This document shows positions 16,698 to 26,299 of a stretch of DNA of 35,354 nucleotides, piece by piece; the first letter of the stretch is position 1; every line of letters begins with the position of its first letter. Made by a program: the position numbers and the translations under genes. The stretch covers positions 1-35,354 of the forward strand of contig JADGNW010000297.1 of the NCBI GenBank assembly GCA_017883315.1, in the 5' to 3' direction. The notes beneath the pieces are model-generated. The model made no database searches, had not been told where the DNA came from, and saw nothing but the letters and a program-made list of their open reading frames with translations. The DNA comes from Blastocatellia bacterium (GTDB lineage: Bacteria; Acidobacteriota; Blastocatellia; UBA7656).

Positions 16698-16749
16698 CGA
16701 CCGTGGCTTTGGGCCAATCAATTGACACGTAAGGAGTGGAATTAAGATC

Positions 16750-17148
16750 ATGAGAAAGCTTGCGATTGCAATCCTTCTAGTTGGAATACTCTCAAGCGCG
16801 GTAGCGGCCGGCGCGTACTCGGACGGCTCCGAGAAGAAGAACGTCACCAACAAACTGTGTCCCGTCAGCGGCGGGCCTGTGAGCGAGAAGTATCGCACGG
16901 AATACAAAGGCCAGTACGTTTATACTTGCTGCGAAGGCTGCCTTGGGGAGTTCAACAAGACTCCCGAAGTGTTCGTAGCGAAGATGTCGAAGGAAGAGCG
17001 CGACGCGATCGCAATTAATGAGGTCTGTCCCGTGTCGGGCGAGCCGATAGACAAGACCAAGTCCCTGGAGTTCGAGGGCCGCAAGGTCTACTTCTGTTGC
17101 GACCACTGCGTGGACAAATACAAGAAGGACCATCCGACGGCGAAGTGA
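16750..17148 (+). CDS. Exported protein with two YHS/TRASH metal-binding domains
   Basis: Signal peptide; CPVSG...YKGQYVYTCCEGC and CPVSG...FEGRKVYFCCDHC. Confidence 0.88.
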   Translation: MRKLAIAILLVGILSSAVAAGAYSDGSEKKNVTNKLCPVSGGPVSEKYRTEYKGQYVYTCCEGCLGEFNKTPEVFVAKMSKEERDAIAINEVCPVSGEPIDKTKSLEFEGRKVYFCCDHCVDKYKKDHPTAK

Positions 17149-17214
17149 TCGCGCGCTTATTTACCGTGCTTAACGCAGCGCTTGTTGCTGCGACGGTGTA
17201 AACCAGAATCCAAA

Positions 17215-17266
17215 GCGGCGGCGCGTCGCGCATTCATCGCGCAGCGCTCGCCGCCTCTGCTTTTTT
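17215..17266 (+). terminator. Possible terminator hairpin between the YHS and cyclophilin genes
   Basis: Interrupted GC-rich stem GCGGCG.GCGC...GCGC.CGCCGC followed shortly by T6. Confidence 0.35.
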
Positions 17267-17280
17267 GAGGAGTTGCTCAA

Positions 17281-17928
17281 ATGAGTTCCAACGAGAGTCC
17301 CATAAGTGTCGGGCGCCGTCGAATCGGGCGGGGCAATCAAACGTCTCTTGGTGTGATCGTAATGCTCTTCTCGATTCTGATGGGCGCGTGCAGCGAAAAG
17401 CAGAGCGAACCCGCGAAATCACCGCGCCAGAATCAGCCTAATCGAACTGCCGTGATTGAAACCGATGCCGGCAACATAAAGTTCGAGCTACTCGAAAACG
17501 AAACTCCCAAAACAGCCGAGAACTTTCGCTTGCTCGCAGAACGTGGCTATTACAACGGCACGATCTTTCATCGAGTGATCAGCGGCTTCATGATTCAAGG
17601 CGGCGATCCGAACGGCGATGGAACTGGGGGGCAGACTGCCACCGGGCAGCCGTTGCCCAACGAAATCAATCGAAGCTCGCCAACCTATCAAGGCGGTTAC
17701 CGCCGCGGGCTGGTCGCGATGGCGAATAAGGGAATACCAGAAACCGGGTCGAGCCAGTTCTTCATCATGCATCAGACCTACCCGCTTCAGCCGAACTACA
17801 CAATTTTCGGTCGCGTGATCGAAGGGATGGATGTTGTCGACAAGATCGCTGCAGCTCCAAACACCGGACCATCGAATCAGAATCGTCCGGTCACGCCCGT
17901 GAAAATGAACAAAGTGTATGTCCAGTAA
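17281..17928 (+). CDS. Cyclophilin-type peptidyl-prolyl cis-trans isomerase, probable lipoprotein
   Basis: PKTAENF..L...GYY.GT.FHRVI.GFMIQGGDP, VAMAN, SQFFI, YTIFGRVIEGMDVVDKI; lipobox LMGAC. Confidence 0.95.
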   Translation: MSSNESPISVGRRRIGRGNQTSLGVIVMLFSILMGACSEKQSEPAKSPRQNQPNRTAVIETDAGNIKFELLENETPKTAENFRLLAERGYYNGTIFHRVISGFMIQGGDPNGDGTGGQTATGQPLPNEINRSSPTYQGGYRRGLVAMANKGIPETGSSQFFIMHQTYPLQPNYTIFGRVIEGMDVVDKIAAAPNTGPSNQNRPVTPVKMNKVYVQ

Positions 17929-17983
17929 GCAAAGTCATGGGTCTTGATGGGTTCGCCGGTGGAATGGAGAGATCCGTGCGCGT

Positions 17984-19486
17984 GTGATTGCGGACAGAGA
18001 AATGGGCGATTTAGATCAGCCTGTGAAACCCGGCCTCAGCGCAGACCACTCAGCTAACAGCGAGAAAGTCGGAATAGAAAGCGGTGCTCCGAGAACTCCC
18101 GCGCTTGCCCGCCAGGCCGTCGCAAGCGTCCGGCTGGCAAGGCGACGCATTGCCGGCGCTCTGATCAGGTCTCTTATTGCGGTTCTTGTGGGGAGTTTGA
18201 TTCTGCGCCTTGCGAGTCAAGCGACGGGTCAGATGACCCAATTCTACCTTGGTTACATAAGCCACAATTTTCACCACATTTCTCACACGACTCGGGGCTA
18301 CGTCATTGCTTCTTTCTTCATCACGGAACTCGTTGGCTCTCTGGTGCTCGGAGCGATGAGCGATCGATACGGCAGAAAGCTATTCATTATGCTGGGACCG
18401 GCGTTCGGCGTTATCGCCGTCCAACTGACCGCGATGACTTCCGTACTCTGGCTGCTCGTGCTGGCGAGATTGCTCGAGGGACTCTCGACCGGCAGTTCCA
18501 TCCCCTCGACACTGGGCTACATTTCCGAGGCGACTGTCGGGCGCCCCAGCCTGCGTGCGCGGGTGATGGGGATGTTTGAAATAACACTTGTCGGCGGCAT
18601 TGCGCTGGGCGCGGTAATCGGAGGCTATCTCTGGAAGTTCCTCGATAGCCCGCGGACTGTAGCGGGTATCACAATGCAAAGCCCCGCGTTCAGCATCATC
18701 GGATTGGTCTACCTTATCAGCCTTGCGGTTTTTGCGTGGGGCCTAAAAGATGTGAGTCGCAGGTCGAGTGTAGCCGACGCCGAGAAGACTGATCCTTCGC
18801 GTGCGGGAGCGTTGCGCACGAAGTTGAAGCACTATTACGAGGTCTTCAAGTCGCCCCCGGTATGGATGTTCATCCCGGCCTGGCTGTCTATCTTTTCGGT
18901 AATCGGAATCTGGACAAACAACAGCGTAGGACTCTTAACCGGGGAGCATTTCAAGGGTCAAGGGCTCACGGGTACTGTCACGCCGGAGAGTTTCGGAAAC
19001 GGATTCGCTGCGCTGGCAGTTTTCTTCGCGGTGGGCGTCCTGGCATGGAGCTTTGTCCTCGCGCGCTTTCGCAAGACTAACGTCATGCTCATCGGCACAC
19101 TAAGTCTGTTCGCGCTGTTGCTCACGGTGTTCGGACTCAATCATCTGGGTTCTTTCTCCAGTTCGTTCTACTATCTGCTGCTAGGTGCGTTGCTGATCGA
19201 GGTGCTCGTGATGAGTGGCTTCACACCTGCCGCGCTAACCTATCTGGCTGATGTGACTGAGAACTACGCAGCAGATCGAGGCTCGATAATGGGATTGTAT
19301 TCAGTCTTCCTTGGGGTCGGGCAATTGATCGGAACATCGATTGGTGGATACTTCGCGGACTGGAATGGCGTCGATGGATTGATACTCTTAAGCGCGATTC
19401 TTGGCGGCATAACAGCGATCAGTCTCTTGGCGCTTCGCAGACGGGAGATGTCTGCGGCGAGCCGCCTTGAGCTGGCAGTAGATTAG
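17984..19486 (+). CDS. Major facilitator superfamily transporter
   Basis: Motif A GAMSDRYGRK, ARLLEG, about 12 hydrophobic segments, DRGSIMGLYS. Start codon uncertain. Confidence 0.92.
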   Translation: MIADREMGDLDQPVKPGLSADHSANSEKVGIESGAPRTPALARQAVASVRLARRRIAGALIRSLIAVLVGSLILRLASQATGQMTQFYLGYISHNFHHISHTTRGYVIASFFITELVGSLVLGAMSDRYGRKLFIMLGPAFGVIAVQLTAMTSVLWLLVLARLLEGLSTGSSIPSTLGYISEATVGRPSLRARVMGMFEITLVGGIALGAVIGGYLWKFLDSPRTVAGITMQSPAFSIIGLVYLISLAVFAWGLKDVSRRSSVADAEKTDPSRAGALRTKLKHYYEVFKSPPVWMFIPAWLSIFSVIGIWTNNSVGLLTGEHFKGQGLTGTVTPESFGNGFAALAVFFAVGVLAWSFVLARFRKTNVMLIGTLSLFALLLTVFGLNHLGSFSSSFYYLLLGALLIEVLVMSGFTPAALTYLADVTENYAADRGSIMGLYSVFLGVGQLIGTSIGGYFADWNGVDGLILLSAILGGITAISLLALRRREMSAASRLELAVD

Positions 19487-20043
19487 AGATCGTTAGCGCA
19501 GGCTTGCTCCGATCTGTATTGATCAATCGTCTGGTCCAAACTTCGGTCGAATATCCAAATGAATGGATATTTTCCAAAAATTTGAAATCGTCACCGCGAT
19601 GACAAAGTACTTCGCGACGCCGATTATTTTTCTAAGTCAAACAGCCGGAAACGTTACCGTAACTATGCGCAGAGACAGCGTTTGGGTATATGAGTTGCCT
19701 CAATACAGGTGCCTCGGGCGACGAATCGTTGAGGCCAGCATATAACAAGGGGCCGAAGACCTCTTTCTGTAGTCAGTACGAGCAAGGGCTCAAGTAAGAA
19801 ATAACAAGATTTTTTGGCATTATGGTTCAAGCGTCTCTTTCCAACTCCGCGTCACATCAAGCTAGCGGTAAGAAGTTAAGGCCGGGTCACCGGCTCGCCC
19901 GTTTTAGCTCGCTTGAACATCCGTTACCGCAGAACGATTAGACTACGAACAAACCTCCTGATTAGTCAGGAGAAGTTACGACAAAGGTACTCAAGATGGC
20001 GAAGCAGACAAAGCGAGTCACCGATCGAGGCGTCGAGCTTTTT

Positions 20044-20059
20044 TGGTATGGCCATCGCA
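20044..20059 (+). promoter_or_regulatory. Putative sigma54 (-24/-12) promoter for TonB receptor 2
   Basis: TGGTATGGCCATCGCA against consensus TGGCACG-N4-TTGCW: GG and GC have the correct spacing. About 115 nt upstream of ATG 20175. Confidence 0.55.
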
Positions 20060-20174
20060 GTCATTTGCCGGTTGTCACCGAAGAGCCGGCGTCGTCAGCA
20101 GCTATGAAGATCGACTCAGCGCCCGTGTTTGAGTTGAATTTCAGTCGCTGCTTTAACTCTTAGGAGGAAGATAA

Positions 20175-23100
20175 ATGAAAGTCAAAAGGAGAGTATTGAA
20201 GGAGGCACTCGCAAGCCTTCTTACAGCTTTTCTACTCTTGTCTCTAGGCTCGGCCTCAGTGTTCGCACAGACTGAGACCGGCCAGATCATTGTGAAAGCA
20301 ACCGATCCAACCGGCGCGGTCGTTCCCGGCGCTACTGTCAACGTCACCCAGGTTAATACCGGACGAAAGCTCCCGCAGACCACAACAAGTGAGGAGGGCT
20401 CCGCAACGTTCACCAACCTTCAGCCCGGTCGGTATGAAGTTACAGTATCGGGAGCCGGGTTCGCGGCCTATACGCAGCAGGTAGAGGTGACGGTCGGCGC
20501 GAAGATAAGCATCGAGGCCACTCTCTCGGCGACGGCCAGGGGAGAAACAGTTACGGTAGTAGCGGGTGAGGGAGGCGTCGAGGTCAACACTCAAAATCAG
20601 GAGTTGTCCAACGTCGTCTCGGCAAAACAGATCACAGAGATGCCCACGCTCACCAGAAACATCTATGACCTGGTAGGGCTGTCGGGCAACGTGGCCCAAG
20701 ATCCGCAGGGATCAAGCGTGCGCGGGGTTGGCTTTAGCATCAACGGCCAGCGCTCCTCGAGCACGGCGATTCTGCTTGACGGCGGTGACAACACCGACAC
20801 ATTCACGGCAACCGCAGGCCAAAGTGTACCGCTCGATTCCGTGCAAGAGTTCCGCGTCATCACGAGCAACTTCTCTGCCGAGTACGGGCGCGCCAGCGGC
20901 GGCGTCGTTAACGTCGCCACCAAAGGCGGATCTAACACTTTCCATGGCTCGCTCTACGAGTTCAACCGCATTTCGGCACTGGCGTCCAACAGCTTCAACA
21001 ACAACGCCAACAGCGTTCCGAAGGGCGTGTTCACACGAAACCAGTTCGGCTATTCCATCGGCGGGCGCATCATTAAGGACAAACTCTTCTTCTTCAGCAG
21101 CACCGAATGGACGCGCGTCCGGAGCGCGGAGGAAGCCATCAACCTCGTGCCGACGCCGCAACTGATCGCTGCTTCAAATGCCAACACGCAGGCGTTCTTC
21201 AGTGCGTTCGGTCAGCTTCCGACACCGATCAACGGCACGATCCTCACTGTCCACGATGTCACGGTAGCGCGCGGTCTGGCTGCGGGCAGCGCCTTCACGA
21301 ATCTGCCAGCGAATCTCCCGGCCTTCGGTCAGGTGCGCTACTCGATTCCGAGCGACGTGGGCGCAGGATTTCCAACTGATACCTATCAAACGGTAAATCG
21401 CGTTGACTGGAACTGGAGCGACAAGACGCAGATCTATGGCCGCTATGCCTTGGAGAGCATTATCAATCCTCCAGGGGCGGTCAGCGTCAGCCCGTATCAG
21501 GGCTACAGCACCATCAACACCAATTTCAACAACAACTTCCTGCTGTCGGTAACGCACAGCTTTTCGTCCAACCTGGTTTCGCAGACCAAAGGTGTCTACA
21601 ACCGGTTAAACAACGCGCAGCCGCTTTCCAGTCGCGGTGATGTGCCGACGCTGTATTTCTTCTCGAGCGGCGCCGGGAGCATCGAAGGCTTTCCCGTGGC
21701 TCTGCCCGGCTTCCTGCCCTTCGCACCCGGGAGCGGCGTGCCGTTCGGCGGCCCGCAGAACCTGCTCCAGTTCTTTGAAGACCTAAACTGGACGAAGGGC
21801 AAACATCAGTTCCGGTTTGGCGGCCAGTACGTCTATATCGCCGACAATCGACTCTTCGGTGCTTACGAGACGGCGAGCGAAGCGCTAGGCAGTAACTACA
21901 ACACTGCGCTTTCAAACTTTGTCTCCGGTCAGCTTACGCAGTTCCAGGCCGCAGTTGATCCGCAAGGCAAGTTCCCGGGCCAGTCCGTGACGCTGCCGGT
22001 CAGTCCGCCGCAGTTTACCCGCAACAATCGTTACAGCGACTGGGCGGTTTATGCTAATGACGCATGGCGGGTCAAGCCGCGCGTGACGCTCAACCTCGGC
22101 GTGCGTTATGAGTATTACGGCACTCAGCACAACACTGACCCGAAGCTGGACTCGAACTTCTACTTCGGCCAGGGCACGACGCTCTTTGATCGCATCCGCA
22201 ACGGCAGCGCGCTGGTTGCGCCCAACAGCCCGATTGGCAAACTCTGGGCTTCTGATCCGAACAACCTCGCGCCGCGTTTGGGCCTCGCTTGGGACGTGTT
22301 TGGCGACGGCAAGATGAGCGTTCGCGGCGGCTACGGCATGGCTTACGAGCGTAACTTCGGCAACGTGACGTTCAACGTCATTCAAAACCCACCCGGCTAC
22401 GCGGTGGTTTCGCTGGTCGCACCAACGGACGTCGCTTCGATCCCGATCACCACCAATAACGCCGGCCCGCTGGCCGGCTCCAGCGGCACGAAAATTTTGC
22501 CTGCAACCAGCTTGCGCGCCGTTGACCCGAACATCAAGACCGCTTACGCCCACTTCTGGAGCGCGGCGATCGAGCGCCAACTCGGCAGCACGGTCTTGTC
22601 GGTTGAATACTCCGGCTCGGCTGGCCGCAACCTGTACTCGATTGCCAACATCAACCGCAGCGGCACGGGCCTCCAGTATCTGGGCAGCTCGTCACACAAC
22701 CCGTTCACCAACGCAGCATCAAGCCGTTTGAACGGCCAGTACAGCAATATCAACTTCCGAGGCAGCGATGGCCGCTCCAACTACGACGCGATGATCGTCT
22801 CGGTTGAGAGCAACGCTTTCCGTAAGGTGGGCCTGCACTTTACGGGCCGTTACACCTATTCCCAGGCGAGAGACAATCTCAGCTCAACGTTCAGCGAAGG
22901 TCAGATCGGTGGCTTCGGACTCGGGTACGTCGATCCGTTCAACCCCGGTTTGGATTACGGGCGTGCGGACATTGACATCCGCCATCGTATGACCGCGAGT
23001 TGGAACTGGGAGATCCCGGCTCCGAAGGGTGGTAATGAGTTCGCTAAGAGACTGATCGGCGGTTGGGAGTTGACGGGCATCTTCACGGCTCGCAGCGGCG

Positions 23101-23561
23101 CGCCGTTCAGCGTCTATGATTGCTCGTTCGCGATCACGGCGTGCGCGCGCCTGGTTAACGGCCCGGACGGTTCGGTGGCAACGACCGGGACGAGCCACCC
23201 GGCGGAGGATCCGACGGGAGTGCCGAATCACCTGGTCTACATTGACCTGAGCAGAACGAATGCCATCGCCTTCTTTAACCCGATTGCGGGAAATGGAGAG
23301 GTGGGACCGTTCCCGGCCGACATGACCAAGCGCAACATATTCAATGGGCCGGGCGCGTGGAATCTCGATTCGGGCCTCTACAAGCGCATTAGCTTTAACG
23401 AGCGTTTTAGCTTGCAACTGCGCCTTGAAGCCTACAACGTGTTCAACCACGCGAATATGTTTGTGAGCGGTGGCGAGGCCGACGTAAGTTCGCTCGACTT
23501 TGTCCCCGCATTCCGCAATGGCCGCCGAAACGTGCAGTTGGCCGCGAAGCTCCTATTCTAG
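20175..23561 (+). CDS. TonB-dependent receptor 2 (Oar-like)
   Basis: AGGAGG RBS, signal peptide, DPTGAVVPGATV, SINGQR, DSVQEFRV.TSNFSAEYGRASGGVVNV.TKGG, NLGVRYEY, C-terminal KLLF. Confidence 0.94.
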   Translation: MKVKRRVLKEALASLLTAFLLLSLGSASVFAQTETGQIIVKATDPTGAVVPGATVNVTQVNTGRKLPQTTTSEEGSATFTNLQPGRYEVTVSGAGFAAYTQQVEVTVGAKISIEATLSATARGETVTVVAGEGGVEVNTQNQELSNVVSAKQITEMPTLTRNIYDLVGLSGNVAQDPQGSSVRGVGFSINGQRSSSTAILLDGGDNTDTFTATAGQSVPLDSVQEFRVITSNFSAEYGRASGGVVNVATKGGSNTFHGSLYEFNRISALASNSFNNNANSVPKGVFTRNQFGYSIGGRIIKDKLFFFSSTEWTRVRSAEEAINLVPTPQLIAASNANTQAFFSAFGQLPTPINGTILTVHDVTVARGLAAGSAFTNLPANLPAFGQVRYSIPSDVGAGFPTDTYQTVNRVDWNWSDKTQIYGRYALESIINPPGAVSVSPYQGYSTINTNFNNNFLLSVTHSFSSNLVSQTKGVYNRLNNAQPLSSRGDVPTLYFFSSGAGSIEGFPVALPGFLPFAPGSGVPFGGPQNLLQFFEDLNWTKGKHQFRFGGQYVYIADNRLFGAYETASEALGSNYNTALSNFVSGQLTQFQAAVDPQGKFPGQSVTLPVSPPQFTRNNRYSDWAVYANDAWRVKPRVTLNLGVRYEYYGTQHNTDPKLDSNFYFGQGTTLFDRIRNGSALVAPNSPIGKLWASDPNNLAPRLGLAWDVFGDGKMSVRGGYGMAYERNFGNVTFNVIQNPPGYAVVSLVAPTDVASIPITTNNAGPLAGSSGTKILPATSLRAVDPNIKTAYAHFWSAAIERQLGSTVLSVEYSGSAGRNLYSIANINRSGTGLQYLGSSSHNPFTNAASSRLNGQYSNINFRGSDGRSNYDAMIVSVESNAFRKVGLHFTGRYTYSQARDNLSSTFSEGQIGGFGLGYVDPFNPGLDYGRADIDIRHRMTASWNWEIPAPKGGNEFAKRLIGGWELTGIFTARSGAPFSVYDCSFAITACARLVNGPDGSVATTGTSHPAEDPTGVPNHLVYIDLSRTNAIAFFNPIAGNGEVGPFPADMTKRNIFNGPGAWNLDSGLYKRISFNERFSLQLRLEAYNVFNHANMFVSGGEADVSSLDFVPAFRNGRRNVQLAAKLLF

Positions 23562-23584
23562 GTTCTTCGCCCAGCGGCTTTTAG

Positions 23585-23619
23585 AAAAAGGGGGGGGTCT
23601 CGCGACTCCCCCCTTCTTT
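23585..23619 (+). terminator. Rho-independent terminator
   Basis: AAGGGGGGGGTC-TCGC-GACTCCCCCCTT, preceded by an A-run and followed by CTTT. Confidence 0.85.
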
Positions 23620-23723
23620 ACGTGCTACGGGCCGCGCAGGTCTGGGATAATTGATTCCGTTAAGCGCGTATGATAGCCTGAGCTAACGTTAGCTACCTCG
23701 CTTGATTCGCGGAGGGTTCCCGT

Positions 23724-24539
23724 ATGAGGACAATTCTTCGTAGCCTTTGTACAGTCACTATGATCACACTCTCTGTGTCCGCGGGCGCACAGGATAAGGA
23801 AAAACGGTTGGACGCGTCGGAAATCATCGCGAGCCATCTGGAGGCCTGCGGCGGCAGGGCGGCGCTCTCGAAATTCAAATCGCGCGTCGCTGTCGGAACA
23901 GTTCAAAAAGAAAGCGCGGCCGCTGTGCCGTTTGCGATTATGTCGGAGGCGCCTAACCGCGTGTCTGCCATATATCAGTTTCAGGATACTACCCCATGGC
24001 AACTCACCTACGACGCAGGCAAGACTGTTTTTCGTCCTCAGTTTCCCCGTGCCTACGCTCGTATTGAGGAAAAGTACCGCGAGATGCTCGGCACCGGCAC
24101 GCTTTTCAATGGCATCTCGCTATACAATATCCTGCTTCAAGGCGAGGGTTCAGGTGTCAAGTTTGAGGGCAAGGGCACGAAGAAAGTTAAAGATCGGCTG
24201 GCTTACGTCGTAGAAGCGAAACTCGGTAAGAGCCTCAACGTCAGACTGTATTTCGACACGAAAACGTTCATGTGGGTCCGCACGGATTACGGGCGCACAA
24301 CTGTTACGCACCCGATGAGCACGTTCACCAATGACGCCACCTCCAAAGACGAAGAGACGACCTATGATTTCTATGTCGAGACTTCGGATTTCAAACAGGT
24401 AGACGGCGTGAAACTGCCGTTCCGAGTCGAGATGGTGACGACTCGTCCCATACTGCGGGAGAAGGATTCGGGCATCGTTGTAGGGTTAATCAGTGAATAT
24501 CACCACAACATTCCAATTGACCCCAAGATGTTTCATTAA
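23724..24539 (+). CDS. Exported hypothetical protein, possibly LolA/lipoprotein-sorting-like fold
   Basis: GGAGG RBS, signal peptide, HLEACGG..AL, LYFDTKTF, SDFKQVDGVKLPF, C-terminal IDPKMF. Confidence 0.75.
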   Translation: MRTILRSLCTVTMITLSVSAGAQDKEKRLDASEIIASHLEACGGRAALSKFKSRVAVGTVQKESAAAVPFAIMSEAPNRVSAIYQFQDTTPWQLTYDAGKTVFRPQFPRAYARIEEKYREMLGTGTLFNGISLYNILLQGEGSGVKFEGKGTKKVKDRLAYVVEAKLGKSLNVRLYFDTKTFMWVRTDYGRTTVTHPMSTFTNDATSKDEETTYDFYVETSDFKQVDGVKLPFRVEMVTTRPILREKDSGIVVGLISEYHHNIPIDPKMFH

Positions 24540-24736
24540 GGATGAATCGCGCGCTGCGCGGCGCGCGTCAAAAAAGGGCCGCAATATTGCCACTTTTATG
24601 CGCTTTGCCACCCTGCGGAAAGGGGCTGCGTACTAGCGGTGGAGGAGTTCGGCAGTGCTAGAACTGAGGAGCTGCCTTGACTGACATTCTCGCGGCGTCC
24701 CCTCGTGGCGCGATACATTTCATATTTACACAGATC

Positions 24737-26173
24737 ATGCGCAACGCTTTTTCTTTGATTGCGATCGTTGCTCTTTTCCCGGTGTCCTACGGGGCCCAGT
24801 CGCGCGCCGCACCAAAACCGCGGCCGGCTGTAGTGTATCTATCTTATGAAGACGCGCGTCCGGTCCTCGATTCGCTAAAGGAAGTCTTGCCGTCGGAATT
24901 GGGTGATGCGTCGCCGGAAAAATTACCACTTGTGTGGCGCGATTGGGTAGCACGGCGCGACCATGATATTCGTTCGCGTCTCAACAAGGGTGATGAAGAC
25001 TCTCTTGTGAACTTCCTGCTTTTTGGGACGTCCTTCACGCTCCGCCCGCGGCTGACCCTCGCAGACATAGCGCGCGCAGGCCAGAAAGAGAACTCCGAAG
25101 AGGCGACCAAAGCCTTCGCATTGATTCAAGCGCGCGCGGAGGATCTGATCCAGGGTATTGTCGCGCCGAGAGACAATGAGCGATTGCTGTTTGCGCGGCG
25201 GCTGTATGAAGCGAAAGGCTACGATTTGAACAACCCAGCGGCGCTTCAGCAAGCGAAGATTGATTTGATCAAGAACCTGGCGCGGGTGCTAGAAGAGCAA
25301 GCGGGCTATGGGCGACTGCTCGATTCCGCGAGGCTGATGGGCGACACGTCACAGGAACTCGCCCTGCGGTCGAAGCTCTACAAAGACCGCGGTTTGAGTT
25401 CGGACACGTCGCTGAAGCCGAACTACGCGATCGAGCGCGCGCTTGCGTCAATTAAGGCCAACGCTTGGCTCGCGCGCGCAAGCGTGCGACGTGTAGCGAT
25501 AGTCGGACCTGGCCTCGATTTCACCGACAAACAGGATGGCTTTGACTTCTATCCACAACAAACGATTCAACCATTCGCCATCGTCGATTCGCTGACGAGA
25601 CTAGGTCTTGCGAAGCCGGACGACTTGCGCATTGTCACCTTCGATCTTAGTCCGCGTATCAACGATCACCTTGCGCAGGCGCGAGCACGCGCCGCGAAGG
25701 GTGCGTCCTATGTTGTGCAGGTGCCGCGCGATCTGGAATGGAACTCGGAGCTGGCGGCGTACTGGTCGCGGTTCGGCGATCGGATCGGGGTTCCGGTGAT
25801 GCCCGTAACCGTTCCCGCCGCGCTCGGCATGTTGAAAGTCAGGGCCGTGAGTATTCGTCCGGCCGTTGTTTCCGGAATAGACTCGGAAGATGTGAACATA
25901 GTTTTGCAGCATCTGAACCTGGCGCCTCCCGAATCATTCGATCTCATCATCGCAACGAACATCCTTGTATACTACGACACCCTCGAGCAGAGCCTTGCGC
26001 TGGCGAACATCGAACGGATGCTTAGGCCGGGCGGCTTCCTGCTTTCTAACAACGCGCTGCTCGAGCTCCCCAGCTCTCGAATGCGCTCGGTGGGTTATGA
26101 GACTGTTGTCTACTCAGACAAGCCGAACGACGGTGATCACATTGTCTGGTATCAACGCTCCGCTGACAAATAA
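24737..26173 (+). CDS. Class I SAM-dependent methyltransferase-fold protein with a signal peptide
   Basis: VAIVGPGLD (motif I-like), FDLS, FDLIIATNILVYY, LRPGGFLL. Likely ATG 24737 begins a signal peptide; the ORF track starts at 24677. Confidence 0.72.
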   Translation: MRNAFSLIAIVALFPVSYGAQSRAAPKPRPAVVYLSYEDARPVLDSLKEVLPSELGDASPEKLPLVWRDWVARRDHDIRSRLNKGDEDSLVNFLLFGTSFTLRPRLTLADIARAGQKENSEEATKAFALIQARAEDLIQGIVAPRDNERLLFARRLYEAKGYDLNNPAALQQAKIDLIKNLARVLEEQAGYGRLLDSARLMGDTSQELALRSKLYKDRGLSSDTSLKPNYAIERALASIKANAWLARASVRRVAIVGPGLDFTDKQDGFDFYPQQTIQPFAIVDSLTRLGLAKPDDLRIVTFDLSPRINDHLAQARARAAKGASYVVQVPRDLEWNSELAAYWSRFGDRIGVPVMPVTVPAALGMLKVRAVSIRPAVVSGIDSEDVNIVLQHLNLAPPESFDLIIATNILVYYDTLEQSLALANIERMLRPGGFLLSNNALLELPSSRMRSVGYETVVYSDKPNDGDHIVWYQRSADK

Positions 26174-26299
26174 GCACTGGATAGAATCGCGGCGCGCGAG
26201 TCTTTTGGGCTGCCGGGCTTTGTGGTATCATCGCCGTGGTTTAATCTAGCCACTTCGCTCATTTCCGCTTTGCTCAGCCAACCAAGAAGGAGGTAGAAG

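Noticed and set aside
19815-19830. TGGCATTATGGTTCAA as a second sigma54 promoter
   Set aside because: It lacks the essential GC at -12.
19563-20107. Two short ORFs (60 and 64 aa) in the long intergenic region
   Set aside because: No RBS or motif; the second overlaps the putative sigma54 promoter.
24600-24680. Possible SAM/SAH riboswitch upstream of the methyltransferase-fold gene
   Set aside because: Only short stems (CCACC/GGTGG, GGCAG/CTGCC) are present, and I could not match the conserved cores of known SAM or SAH riboswitches.
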